A stretch of DNA of 64,000 nucleotides from an uncultured cyanobacterium. Its GTDB lineage: Bacteria; Cyanobacteriota; Cyanobacteriia; Cyanobacteriales; CAWCAG01. Positions 17,994 through 27,445 of the stretch are shown in pieces. Each line of letters begins with the position of its first letter. Position 1 is the stretch's first letter. The stretch lies in contig CAWCAG010000005.1 in assembly GCA_963793425.1 (NCBI GenBank), positions 2,016,001-2,080,000 on the forward strand, read 5' to 3'. The position numbers and the translations under genes are program-made. Below the pieces are notes generated by a model. That model saw only the letters and a list, made by a program, of their open reading frames with translations. It did not search any database and was not told where the DNA came from.

Positions 17994-18995
17994 TTATGTA
18001 GATGTGCTGGGGGGTTTGATTGTTTCTTTTCCAGAAAAGTAGGAATTCAATTTTAGTGCGATTTCTTCCCTTTGATTAATTAAATAAATACTAATTAGTG
18101 TTAGGCAAACTCCTGCTGATTGGATGGGGCTAAGAATTTCTGCTAAAAAGAGGTTGCCAAAAAGCAAAGCAAAAATAGGAGTGAGAAAAGTTAGGGAGCT
18201 AATACTCGTCAGATTGCCAGTAGAAGCTAAATGGAAAAATAAAGCGTAGGCGATCGCACTGCCAAAAACCGTAGCATAACTCAAGCCTAACCAACCTTGG
18301 GCATCAATATTCACCCACTGCCCGGATTCCCACAATCCTGAACCCATAAATAAAGGTAATCCTCCCAAAACCATATGCCAGCCTGTGGCAGCCACAGGAT
18401 CAGCATAACGACTCACAAAGCGAATTGTCACCGTACCTACTGCCATAGCCAATGCCGCTAAGAGCATTAACCACTGCCCGTTGTGCAGTAAATTTTCCAG
18501 ATTTAATGATATCTCAACCCCAGTTCCTTGCCAAAGTCCCGAAATCCATTCATCAGGCAACCCAATTAAACTAATACCCACAATACCTAAAATTAAACCT
18601 AACCAGCCCCAAAGACCAATTACTTCCCCAAACAACCAACTAGATAGCAAGGCAACAGCTAAAGGCTGGGAATCAATCATCACAGAACCCAAACCTGCGC
18701 TAGTATTAACTAGCCCTTCAGCAAGAAAACCTTGAAATAAAGTTCCATCCACCAAAGCAAAAAAGCTAATCCACAACCAAGCTTTCCAGCCACGAGGTTG
18801 AGAACGACCTAAAATAAGACTAACGGCAATCACCAAAAGTCCCGCCGGTAGTAAACGCACTCCCGCTAAAAATAGAGGGGTGGTTTGGGGAATGACTCCT
18901 TTCATCGCTACCATAGCTGTTCCCCAAAGGAAAAAAGGAGAGATTAATAATAAAGAGGATATGGGGAGTTTAAACTTAGTAAGTACTGACTGCAT
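17994..18995 (-). CDS. DMT/EamA family transporter
   Basis: About 10 TM helices; FFLWGTAMVAMK, SLTFLTPIFALLFG. Confidence 0.88.
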   Translation of the reverse strand: MQSVLTKFKLPISSLLLISPFFLWGTAMVAMKGVIPQTTPLFLAGVRLLPAGLLVIAVSLILGRSQPRGWKAWLWISFFALVDGTLFQGFLAEGLVNTSAGLGSVMIDSQPLAVALLSSWLFGEVIGLWGWLGLILGIVGISLIGLPDEWISGLWQGTGVEISLNLENLLHNGQWLMLLAALAMAVGTVTIRFVSRYADPVAATGWHMVLGGLPLFMGSGLWESGQWVNIDAQGWLGLSYATVFGSAIAYALFFHLASTGNLTSISSLTFLTPIFALLFGNLFLAEILSPIQSAGVCLTLISIYLINQREEIALKLNSYFSGKETIKPPSTST

Positions 18996-19109
18996 GGATA
19001 ATAAGTAAATATTGGCAGATTTTCTTTACCCAATGTTAACGTATTGTGTAGTTTTGTAAATAAAATCTATTTAACTTTCCCTCTTTCACCACTTAAATCT
19101 TTAAACATA

Positions 19110-19931
19110 ATGATCTGGCCTTTTAAACCAAAACCTTCTCGACAAATCGCCCGCATAGAAATCACTGGTGCGATCGCCTCAGAAACCCGTAACCGAGTTC
19201 TCAAAGCGCTAAAAACCGTAGAAGAAAAGAAATTCCCCGCTTTGTTATTACGTATTGATTCTCCTGGGGGTACGGTAGGAGATTCCCAAGAAATTTATTA
19301 TGCCCTGAAGAAGTTACGAGAAAAGCTGGTTATTGTGGCTAGTTTTGGTAATATTTCTGCTTCTGGTGGGGTTTATATTGGCATGGGGGCAGAACATATC
19401 GTCGCCAACCCTGGTACTATCACTGGTAGCATTGGAGTTATTCTCCGGGGTAATAATTTAGAGCGGTTATTAGATAAAATCGGTGTTTCTTTCAAAGTAA
19501 TTAAATCTGGTCCCTACAAAGATATTTTAGCTTTTGATCGAGAATTAACCGAAGCAGAAGAAGTTATCCTGCAAGAGTTAATTGATGTTAGTTATAAACA
19601 ATTTGTTCAAACAGTAGCCGAAGGAAGAAACCTAGCAGAAGACACCGTAAGAACTTTTGCTGATGGTCGTATTTTCACCGGGGAACAAGCTTTAGGCTTA
19701 GGAGTTGTCGATCGTTTAGGTACAGAAGAAGATGCCCGTTGTTGGGCAGCAGAGTTAGCCGGATTAGATCCAGAAAAAGCTAAATGCCAAGATATTGAAG
19801 AAAAGAAATCTCGTTTAGCACGTTTGTTATCTGGTAGCAAGCAAAGTTCTTCTAGTGTGGGCAAGGCAGTAAACTGGTTAGAGTTTGAACTTGCTACGAG
19901 TGGGCAACCTTTGTGGCTTTATCGACCTTAG
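19110..19931 (+). CDS. sppA: Signal peptide peptidase SppA (short S49 form)
   Basis: LRIDSPGG, SASGGVY, TGSIGV, KSGPYKD, DGRIFTGEQA; start at MIWPFKP. Confidence 0.92.
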   Translation: MIWPFKPKPSRQIARIEITGAIASETRNRVLKALKTVEEKKFPALLLRIDSPGGTVGDSQEIYYALKKLREKLVIVASFGNISASGGVYIGMGAEHIVANPGTITGSIGVILRGNNLERLLDKIGVSFKVIKSGPYKDILAFDRELTEAEEVILQELIDVSYKQFVQTVAEGRNLAEDTVRTFADGRIFTGEQALGLGVVDRLGTEEDARCWAAELAGLDPEKAKCQDIEEKKSRLARLLSGSKQSSSSVGKAVNWLEFELATSGQPLWLYRP

Positions 19932-20027
19932 TTTTGGGTGACAGGGTGACAGGGTGACGGGGTGAATTGTAAACTCTTAACCCTATTTTCTACAAATGAT
20001 AAATGATAAATGATTGAGGATTTTGTT

Positions 20028-20417
20028 GTGGAATGGAAGGTACGAGGTATTCGTGGGGCAACAACTGTTTCTCAAAACACAGTTGAAGCAATGACAGAAG
20101 CGGTTAAGGAATTATTAGATGAAATTGAAACTCGCAACGAATTAGATCCAGAAGAAATTGTCTGTGCTTTTTTCACTGCGACTAAAGATTTAGATGCTAT
20201 ATTTCCGGCGGCAGTTTGTCGGCAACGCCCTAAATGGGATGATGTCCCTTTATTAGATTTCCAACAAATGAAGGTAGAAGATAGTTTGGAACGTTGTATC
20301 AGAGTTTTGATTCAAGTTAATAGTCCAAAACCTCAAAAGGCCATGATTCACTCTTATTTACGGCAAGCAACAAATCTTCGGCCAGATTGGAGTTTGGTGG
20401 AAATGGCTAATGGTTAA
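20028..20417 (+). CDS. aroH: Chorismate mutase, AroH class
   Basis: VRGIRGATTV, DLDAIFPA, CIRVLI, LRPDW; GAGGA RBS before GTG 20028. Confidence 0.93.
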   Translation: MEWKVRGIRGATTVSQNTVEAMTEAVKELLDEIETRNELDPEEIVCAFFTATKDLDAIFPAAVCRQRPKWDDVPLLDFQQMKVEDSLERCIRVLIQVNSPKPQKAMIHSYLRQATNLRPDWSLVEMANG

Positions 20418-20420
20418 TTG

Positions 20421-22130
20421 CTAGCAACTAGCAATTAACAAACTACGAAAACGATTAATCGCCGCAGCCAATTCAAAACGCCGAAACATAGCTAAATCTC
20501 CTTGAGGGAAATTAGTAATCACATCTAAACCTTGAGAAGCAATATCGGCCATAATTAAATCTAAAACCTCGGCTAAAGTTTTTTGTTCATCCAAATAATT
20601 CTCTTTGCCATAAACAATAGCTGCCGCGATCGCCTTTAATTGTCCCGCTTCAACAATTTGGCTTACTGCCCCTAAATCGATATCTTCCTTACCAAAAGCA
20701 ATTTCATCGTCCCTAACCTTAAAACTCACTGCCTTTTTGCCACGACTGGGGTCAATGCTACTCCCTAAAGGTATTCTAGGAGTAATCTTACCAAAACCTG
20801 ACCCTCCTTCTGCAAGACGCTGAGTCGCATTGCTGCGGCTAATTTCCTTAGCTTTAGCTGTCACATCAAAAGGAACAAAGTTTTCCATCGCTATAACCGT
20901 ATCTGCCACATCAAAATAATCTCCGCTTCCCCCCATCACCAAAATTGTTGACACCCCACAATCTTGATTTAGTTGCTGCACTTTATCAATAAAAGGAGTA
21001 ATAGGTTCCTTTTCTTTCGCAATTAATTGTTGCATCCGGCGATCGCGAATCATAAAATTCGTCGCGGCAGTATCTTCATCAATTAATAGCAACTTTGTCC
21101 CCACTTCCAAAGCCTCAATAATATTGGCAGCTTGAGAGGTACTGCCGCTAGCATTAGGAGTAGAAAAATTAGTAGTTGAACGTCCTTGGGGTAAATGATT
21201 AATAAAAGGGGAAATATCCACCCCCACAATCCCTCTACCATCTTCTGCCCGTATTTTAACCGCCGTTGCTTCTGTTACCACCAACTCCCTCCCATCCCCA
21301 GGAATAGAGTTATAAACCCCCAATTCCAAAGCCCGCAGTAAAGTAGATTTGCCATGATAGCCACCCCCCACAATTAAGGTTATACCTTGAGGAATTCCTG
21401 TACCAGTAATTAAACCCTGATTAGGAAGATTAAATTCAACCTTTAAAGAAGAAGGTGTTTGCCAGGGAACAGAATTATTTTCTAACGGACGCTCATCAAT
21501 ACCACTGCGTCGAGGTAAAATTGCTCCATCGGGAATAAAAGCAACTAAACACTTTTTCACTAACTGTTGCCGCAACCAATTTGCATCCTCAACAGTTTTT
21601 ACTTGTTGTTGTATAGCTTGGGCATCCAAAGCAGAATATTTAAGGGTGCGATTAACAATTTCTGGGACATTTTCTAACAGCATTTCTGCTGCTTGGCGAC
21701 CTAAAATTCTCCTTCCCCTAGCAGGTAATCCTACTAAAAAGCGTATCTCCACTTCCTGAGCATTAACTGTCGCGGCATTACGAGAAATGACTTCTTGTCC
21801 AAAACGAGTAATAGCAATTAACCCACTTTTACCAGAACCTCGTTGACAACTAAATCCTTGAACAAGTTTAGCAAACCGCCGAATTAAATAATCTTCTAAA
21901 GCAATTTTCCGACTCAAAGATTGATAAAGTTGACCAGGGAAATTAGCGATATTTTGAGGTACTTTAACCCGCAACTTACTAGGGGAGGCAAAAGGATCAC
22001 CTTGAACGCGATCTACAATTAAGATAAAGTCAGGAAATTGGTAACTCCCTTCAATATCCCGATAAGCTTTGTAGCTGCAATTATCAAGTTGTAATAATTT
22101 AGAGTAAAGATTTTCGTGATTTTTCATCAA
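20421..22130 (-). CDS. Predicted ATPase of the ABC class (ABC_ATPase family)
   Basis: VQGDPFASPS, Walker A GGGYHGKST, IRAEDGR, ASGSTSQAA, LLIDEDT. Confidence 0.88.
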   Translation of the reverse strand: MMKNHENLYSKLLQLDNCSYKAYRDIEGSYQFPDFILIVDRVQGDPFASPSKLRVKVPQNIANFPGQLYQSLSRKIALEDYLIRRFAKLVQGFSCQRGSGKSGLIAITRFGQEVISRNAATVNAQEVEIRFLVGLPARGRRILGRQAAEMLLENVPEIVNRTLKYSALDAQAIQQQVKTVEDANWLRQQLVKKCLVAFIPDGAILPRRSGIDERPLENNSVPWQTPSSLKVEFNLPNQGLITGTGIPQGITLIVGGGYHGKSTLLRALELGVYNSIPGDGRELVVTEATAVKIRAEDGRGIVGVDISPFINHLPQGRSTTNFSTPNASGSTSQAANIIEALEVGTKLLLIDEDTAATNFMIRDRRMQQLIAKEKEPITPFIDKVQQLNQDCGVSTILVMGGSGDYFDVADTVIAMENFVPFDVTAKAKEISRSNATQRLAEGGSGFGKITPRIPLGSSIDPSRGKKAVSFKVRDDEIAFGKEDIDLGAVSQIVEAGQLKAIAAAIVYGKENYLDEQKTLAEVLDLIMADIASQGLDVITNFPQGDLAMFRRFELAAAINRFRSLLIASC

Positions 22131-22170
22131 CTTAATTGTTAGTAAAGGGGATAATTTAAGGTTTTATTAT

Positions 22171-22263
22171 TTACTCTCCCATTGATGCTAGTGCTTTGCT
22201 TATTATCTGCAACAGCTGTAGTAAGCTCCCTTTGCTTAAGAAAATTGCAGGAGACTTAGCCAA
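22171..22263 (-). pseudogene. Internally deleted DUF3368/PIN-type toxin remnant
   Basis: TTG overlapping the UPF0175 stop; MAKSPAIFLSKGSLLQLLQII-SKALASMGE* resembles the N- and C-termini of DUF3368 proteins joined together. Confidence 0.5.
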
Positions 22264-22507
22264 GATTTAACTCCCTTTGTAGATCCTCAAAATCAACGCT
22301 GAAGACATCAACTTGTTCACGGGCAAGGGCAGCTAAAAAGTCTCTACGGTTAATTCCGGCAATTTGAGCAGCTTTTTCTTGGGATATTTCACTCTTTTGA
22401 TACCAGAAAATGGCAGCAGCTAAACGCATTTCCTGTACAAATTCTTGGGGAGGAAGACGGCGGGTAGAGAAAACTTCTTCTGGTAGGTTGATAGTTATTT
22501 TTGACAT
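22256..22507 (-). CDS. UPF0175 family protein (putative antitoxin)
   Basis: EMRLAAAIFWY...ISQEKAAQIAGINRRDFL. Confidence 0.88.
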   Translation of the reverse strand: MSKITINLPEEVFSTRRLPPQEFVQEMRLAAAIFWYQKSEISQEKAAQIAGINRRDFLAALAREQVDVFSVDFEDLQRELNLG

Positions 22508-22554
22508 GACGGTTATTATAAGAGATAAATTGCTTATTTACTTTCTTAGTAGCA

Positions 22555-23181
22555 ATGACTGCAACCTTAATTCAAAGTCCAGATCGAGTCTTATTAGAAA
22601 ATATTAGCTGGAATACGTACAAATCTTTAGTCCAAGACTTTGAACAACAGCCAGCAATTCGTTTAACCTATGATCAAGGTCGATTAGAAATAAGAATGCC
22701 TTTAGATCCCCACGAAACCTACAAGAAACTTCTAGGGCGCTTAGTAGAAGCATTAACAGAAGAATTAGGTGTAGAAATTCGTAGCTTGGGTTCGAGGACT
22801 TGTGCTAGGGAAGATTTAATACAAGGATTAGAACCAGATCAGTGTTACTACATCCAAAATGAACAAGCCGTATGGGATAAAGAACAAATTGATTTAGAGC
22901 AAGATCCACCTCCAGATTTAGCTATTGAAATTGATATTACCAGTAGTTCCATTAATAGAATGGAAATTTATTTGAACTTAGGTGTCCCTGAAATCTGGCG
23001 TTATGATGGGCAGTTATTGAAGATGTATGCTCTCAAAGACGGGCAATATCAACCTTGTAGTTGTAGCCTTGCCTTTCCCTTCTTAAAAGGTGAAGAGATT
23101 GAGAGGTTTTTGACTCTGAAGAAAACCACTAGGGAGAATGCTTTAATTAGTATGTTTCGACAGTGGGTGCGTAAATTGTAA
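22555..23181 (+). CDS. Uma2 family endonuclease-like protein
   Basis: ISWNTY, RLTYDQGRLEI, LEPDQCYY, PPDLAIEIDITSSS, LGVPEIWRY. Confidence 0.92.
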   Translation: MTATLIQSPDRVLLENISWNTYKSLVQDFEQQPAIRLTYDQGRLEIRMPLDPHETYKKLLGRLVEALTEELGVEIRSLGSRTCAREDLIQGLEPDQCYYIQNEQAVWDKEQIDLEQDPPPDLAIEIDITSSSINRMEIYLNLGVPEIWRYDGQLLKMYALKDGQYQPCSCSLAFPFLKGEEIERFLTLKKTTRENALISMFRQWVRKL

Positions 23182-23241
23182 AAAATCATTTCTTAAAACC
23201 ACAACTCCACCTCCCAAATTTATAATCTTTAGTTATTTAAG

Positions 23242-23724
23242 ATGAAATTACGCCCCGCTACTCCCAGCGATTTGACTCTACTGCAACACTGGGATAAACA
23301 ACCTCACGTAATTTCCTCAGATCCTAATGATGACTGGGATTGGCAAATAGAACTTAACCGTAATCCAGACTGGAGAGAGCAATTAATTGCTGAAATTGAT
23401 TATCGTCCCATCGGATGTATCCAAATCATAGATCCAGCCCGTGAGGATAGCCACTATTGGGGTGAAATTGAGGCTAATCTTCGTGCTATTGACATTTGGA
23501 TTGGGGAAGAAACTGATTTAGGTAAAGGTTATGGCACAAAAATGATGCACCTTGCCCTTGCCCGATGTTTTGCTGATCCCCTGGTGACAAGCGTACTCGT
23601 TGATCCCCTTGCCAGTAACACTCGCGCCCACCGTTTCTATGAACGTCTTGGCTTCCAATTTGTTGAAAAGCGGCAATTTGATGATGATAACTGCTTCGTT
23701 TATCGCTTAAATCGGGTAGATTAG
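23242..23724 (+). CDS. GNAT acetyltransferase (AAC(6')-like fold)
   Basis: AIDIWIGE...GKGYGT...DPLASNTRAHRFYERLGF. Confidence 0.85.
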   Translation: MKLRPATPSDLTLLQHWDKQPHVISSDPNDDWDWQIELNRNPDWREQLIAEIDYRPIGCIQIIDPAREDSHYWGEIEANLRAIDIWIGEETDLGKGYGTKMMHLALARCFADPLVTSVLVDPLASNTRAHRFYERLGFQFVEKRQFDDDNCFVYRLNRVD

Positions 23725-23835
23725 CTAGTAAGAAAGCACAATTGCATAGTCATCAATAAACCTCTCTCGTACCCCTGCTCCTTGCTATATAATCTTTGGT
23801 TACTAAGCTAATTTGAACACAAAGGAAAATAACCC

Positions 23836-24144
23836 ATGCCAGAAGCAGTCGGAGTCATCCAAACATTAGGCTTTCCTGGAATTTTAGCAGCAGCAGACGC
23901 AATGGTTAAAGGGGCGCAAGTTACTGTAGTTCATTGCGACAAAGCAGAAAGCGGCAACTTCTTTGTGGCTATTCGTGGTAGCGTTTCTGAAGTTAAAATG
24001 GCTATGGAATCAGGATTAGAAGCCGCTACAGAAACTTTTGGTTCTCAAGTTACAACTCACTATATCGTTCCTAATCCCCCAGAAAACATTGTCGCTATTT
24101 TACCTATAGCTTATACAGAAGAAGTAGAAGTGTTCCGAATATGA
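23836..24144 (+). CDS. ccmK3: Carboxysome shell protein CcmK3
   Basis: BMC domain MPEAVGVIQTLGFPGILAAADAMVK...PNPPENI; first gene of the K3/K4 pair. Confidence 0.88.
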   Translation: MPEAVGVIQTLGFPGILAAADAMVKGAQVTVVHCDKAESGNFFVAIRGSVSEVKMAMESGLEAATETFGSQVTTHYIVPNPPENIVAILPIAYTEEVEVFRI

Positions 24145-24255
24145 CAAATGCTGGTGATTCTTCTATATAAATGCCCAATGGTGCGTAAAGACCCGTAAAA
24201 TTAAAGTTTAGGTTTTATTGCTATCTAATATTAAATTATAAAAGGGAGGGAACTC

Positions 24256-24618
24256 GTGACACAACAAGCAGTTGGCTCAATTGAAACAAAAGGTTTTCCA
24301 GGAATCTTAGCAGCAGCAGATGCCATGGTTAAAGCTGGGCGAGTTACTCTAGTGGGATATATCAGAGTTGGTAGCGCCCGTTTTAATATCAACATCCGAG
24401 GGGATGTCTCAGAAGTTAAAAGATCAATGGAAGCTGGTATTGATGCGGTGGAAAAAGTTGCCGGGGCTACTTTAGAATCTTGGGTAATCATCCCTCGTCC
24501 CCACGAAAACGTAGTTTCAGTTTTACCAATTGATTACAGTGAATCCGTAGAAGTGTTCCGAGAAGCGGTAGAAATGCCTAGGATGATAGGGCCAAATGGC
24601 GGCTTGCGAGGAAGGTAA
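24256..24618 (+). CDS. ccmK4: Carboxysome shell protein CcmK4
   Basis: AVGSIETKGFPGILAAADAMVKAGRVT...WVIIPRPHENV. Confidence 0.9.
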   Translation: MTQQAVGSIETKGFPGILAAADAMVKAGRVTLVGYIRVGSARFNINIRGDVSEVKRSMEAGIDAVEKVAGATLESWVIIPRPHENVVSVLPIDYSESVEVFREAVEMPRMIGPNGGLRGR

Positions 24619-24719
24619 TCAATTATCAATGTACGGTTTGCCGTTGCTGTTGGGTATTAATTGATCAGTTATTAGTTGTTGACTTACGGCTTAGTGTTGC
24701 GATTGAGCATTAATGATAA

Positions 24720-26045
24720 ATGTTCAATGTTCAATGTATTGGTTTTTTGGGGATCTTTTTATTTTCTCTTGGCTTGAGATTTTGGGGCTTGGGGCGTTTT
24801 GATGAGCTTGTTTTTGATGAAGTTTATTTTGCTAAATATGGCTATAACTATCTTCAACAAATTTCTTTTTTTGATGTCCATCCCCCTTTAGGAAAATACT
24901 TAATTAGCCTAGGAATATGGCTGCATACTTACCTTTTTAAGCAAGGGGATACAGCCGTAGCTTATCGTTGGTTAAATGCGTTCACAGGTTCTTTTCTGCC
25001 CTTAATTGTTGGTGGAATCGCCTATCAATTAACTCGCCGTTCTAGTTATGCTTTGATTGCTAGTTTCTTAGCAGCTACAGACGGTTTATTATTAGTAGAA
25101 TCTCGTTATGGCTTAATTAATATTTATCTGCTGGCTTTCGGTTTGTTGGGGCAGTTATTATTTCTTCTTGCTCTCAACTTACCTCATAAACAGCAATTTT
25201 ACTTCCTTTATTCGGGCATCTTTTTCAGTTTTTGCCTTGCTGTTAAATGGAATGGTTTAGGATTTTTGTTAGGAATTTATTTATTTTATGGCTTAGTCAA
25301 AGGAACAGAAAAGCTAAAATTCTCTTTACATCATTCTTTATGGCAACAATTAAGCAAAATAAATCTTTTAGATTTTCTTCTCAACTTCGCCATCATTCCT
25401 GCCTTAATTTACCGCCTCTTATGGATTCCTCATTTAGCCATAAACCAAGAGTTTGATTTTTGGCAAGTACATCAACAAATCTTTGGTTATCACAACAGTA
25501 TCGGCAACACAACCACAACCCATCCCTACTGCTCAGCTTGGTATACTTGGCCTTTAATGCTTCGTCCTGTGGGCTATTATTATCAACAAGTTGAAAATTC
25601 TGTAGGGAATGTAACTATCTATGACGTTCATGCTATAGGAAACCCCTTACTTTGGTGGCTTTCTACTGGGGCAATATTAATATTATGCGTAGGTTTATTT
25701 GTACAATTAACAAAGTATCTGAGAAAGAGAAAAATTCATTCCGAAAACTTTTGTATCTCGATTTTTCTTATCTTAAATTATGCAGCCAACTTTTTACCTT
25801 GGCTTAAAGTAACTCGTTGCACTTATATTTACCATTATATGGGGGCTTCTCTCTTTGCTTTTCTTGCCCTAGCTTGGTTAATTGATAAATGTTTCAATAG
25901 TTCTCTAAGCCAATACAAATATTTTGGAGTGATTGCGATCGCCTTCATTTTTTGCGCTTATCTATTTTGGCTACCAATTTATCTTGGTTTACCCCTTTCC
26001 CAACCAGAATTTGCTACTCGTATGTGGTTATCATCTTGGCGCTAA
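24720..26045 (+). CDS. Protein O-mannosyltransferase (PMT/GT39 family)
   Basis: VFDEVYF, DVHPPLGK, VESRY, KWNG, HPYCSAWYTWP, GNPLLWW, YIYHY. Confidence 0.9.
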   Translation: MFNVQCIGFLGIFLFSLGLRFWGLGRFDELVFDEVYFAKYGYNYLQQISFFDVHPPLGKYLISLGIWLHTYLFKQGDTAVAYRWLNAFTGSFLPLIVGGIAYQLTRRSSYALIASFLAATDGLLLVESRYGLINIYLLAFGLLGQLLFLLALNLPHKQQFYFLYSGIFFSFCLAVKWNGLGFLLGIYLFYGLVKGTEKLKFSLHHSLWQQLSKINLLDFLLNFAIIPALIYRLLWIPHLAINQEFDFWQVHQQIFGYHNSIGNTTTTHPYCSAWYTWPLMLRPVGYYYQQVENSVGNVTIYDVHAIGNPLLWWLSTGAILILCVGLFVQLTKYLRKRKIHSENFCISIFLILNYAANFLPWLKVTRCTYIYHYMGASLFAFLALAWLIDKCFNSSLSQYKYFGVIAIAFIFCAYLFWLPIYLGLPLSQPEFATRMWLSSWR

Positions 26046-26061
26046 ATCATTAAACATTAAA

Positions 26062-26096
26062 CATTATTGGCGCTAGCCTTGCACCCTGGCTACATT
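26062..26096. repeat. Small dispersed repeat A, copy 2
   Basis: 35/35 identical to 17953-17987. Confidence 0.9.
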
Positions 26097-26106
26097 GAAC
26101 AGCCAT

Positions 26107-26192
26107 CACCTATTACCTATTACCTATTACTTCCCCAGCTCCCCATCTCCCCATCTCCCCATCTCTCCATCTCCCCATCTCTCCATCTCCCA
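26107..26192. repeat. Tandem repeats ACCTATT x3 and (C(C/T)CCATCT) about x7
   Basis: Read directly between pmt and nfu. Confidence 0.85.
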
Positions 26193-26271
26193 GTAGGCGA
26201 GTTAGCAATTAGCCGCCCAATTAGACTAGGATCAAAATAGAGTTGTGAAAAAAAGTATCAAAAGGTGAACT

Positions 26272-26511
26272 ATGTCTACAATGGCACTGACTCCCGATAA
26301 CGTTGAACAAGTACTTGATGAAATGCGTCCCTATCTAATGGCAGATGGTGGCAACGTGGATTTAGTAGAAATAGATGGTCCCATTGTTAAATTAAGGTTA
26401 CAGGGGGCTTGTGGCTCTTGTCCTAGTTCTGCTATGACTTTAAAAATGGGTATTGAGCGCCGTCTTCGGGAATATATTCCTGAAATTTCTGAAGTTGCAC
26501 AGGTTATCTAA
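26272..26511 (+). CDS. nfuA: NifU-C-like Fe-S cluster scaffold (NfuA/CnfU)
   Basis: [11 protein letters not shown]...[11 protein letters not shown]. Confidence 0.92.
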   Translation: MSTMALTPDNVEQVLDEMRPYLMADGGNVDLVEIDGPIVKLRLQGACGSCPSSAMTLKMGIERRLREYIPEISEVAQVI

Positions 26512-26679
26512 TTGTTTTTTCTGGGCAGGGATAAGTACATCTGGAGAATTTTAAATTACTCCAAGGATGAAAATATACTCCTGTAGATCGCAAGGGTAGA
26601 GCAAATTGTTCTGCCCTTATTTAATATAATTATCATCAAAAATCAAACGCAATATTCTAGAGGATAGGCTCTTAAGATT

Positions 26680-27309
26680 GTGGTAAAATTCGTTGCCTTT
26701 GAAAATAGCCAAGATCCTGATTTCGCAGCAGTCATTAATATTTATCAGGAGGCTTTTCCGCTTAGTGAAAGGATTGCTAATTCTTGGGTTAAACAAAGAA
26801 TTGACAACGGCGATTATAAATTATTTGTTGGCTATCAAGAAAAGCTGGTAGCTTTTATGGCTATACTTTCTCCTATAACTGATACTCAATTTGTTTTACT
26901 TGCCTACATTGCTACCCAAGCAAACTACCGCAATCAAGGAATTGGTAGCAAATTTCTCAATTATATTTTGCCAAAGTTGCAGCAACAAGAAAAATATCTC
27001 CTTCTAGAAGTAGAAAATCCTCAATATGGTGATGATCCCCAATTAAGAGAACGCAGACTTAACTTTTATCGTAGAATAGGAGCGCAGCAATTAAAAAATG
27101 TCAGGTTTGCTATACCACCTTTGGCTGAAAATTCACCTGTGGAAATGCTTTTAATGATTGCCCCTCCTTACCACCAAAAATCACTGTCAGAGAAGATAGT
27201 TAAAAAGATGATTACTTGGCTTTTCGTTGTCGGTTATCAAGGCTCTCCTGACAGCACTTTATTGACAGAATTACTTAACGAAGTTGAGGAGATTGTTGAA
27301 TTAATTTGA
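26680..27309 (+). CDS. GNAT family acetyltransferase
   Basis: YQEAFPLSER, YRNQGIGS, LLEVE, RRLNFYRRIG. Confidence 0.85.
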   Translation: MVKFVAFENSQDPDFAAVINIYQEAFPLSERIANSWVKQRIDNGDYKLFVGYQEKLVAFMAILSPITDTQFVLLAYIATQANYRNQGIGSKFLNYILPKLQQQEKYLLLEVENPQYGDDPQLRERRLNFYRRIGAQQLKNVRFAIPPLAENSPVEMLLMIAPPYHQKSLSEKIVKKMITWLFVVGYQGSPDSTLLTELLNEVEEIVELI

Positions 27310-27445
27310 AACAAATAATTTAAACCAGAGCAATTTAATAATGTCCTGCTTCTGGTAATATGAAATAGAAAGGTGGAGAAGTTAACTAAAAATCCTCTGC
27401 ATTTAAACTTAGGTACATCAACACATAATTTATAGCAAACACTGA

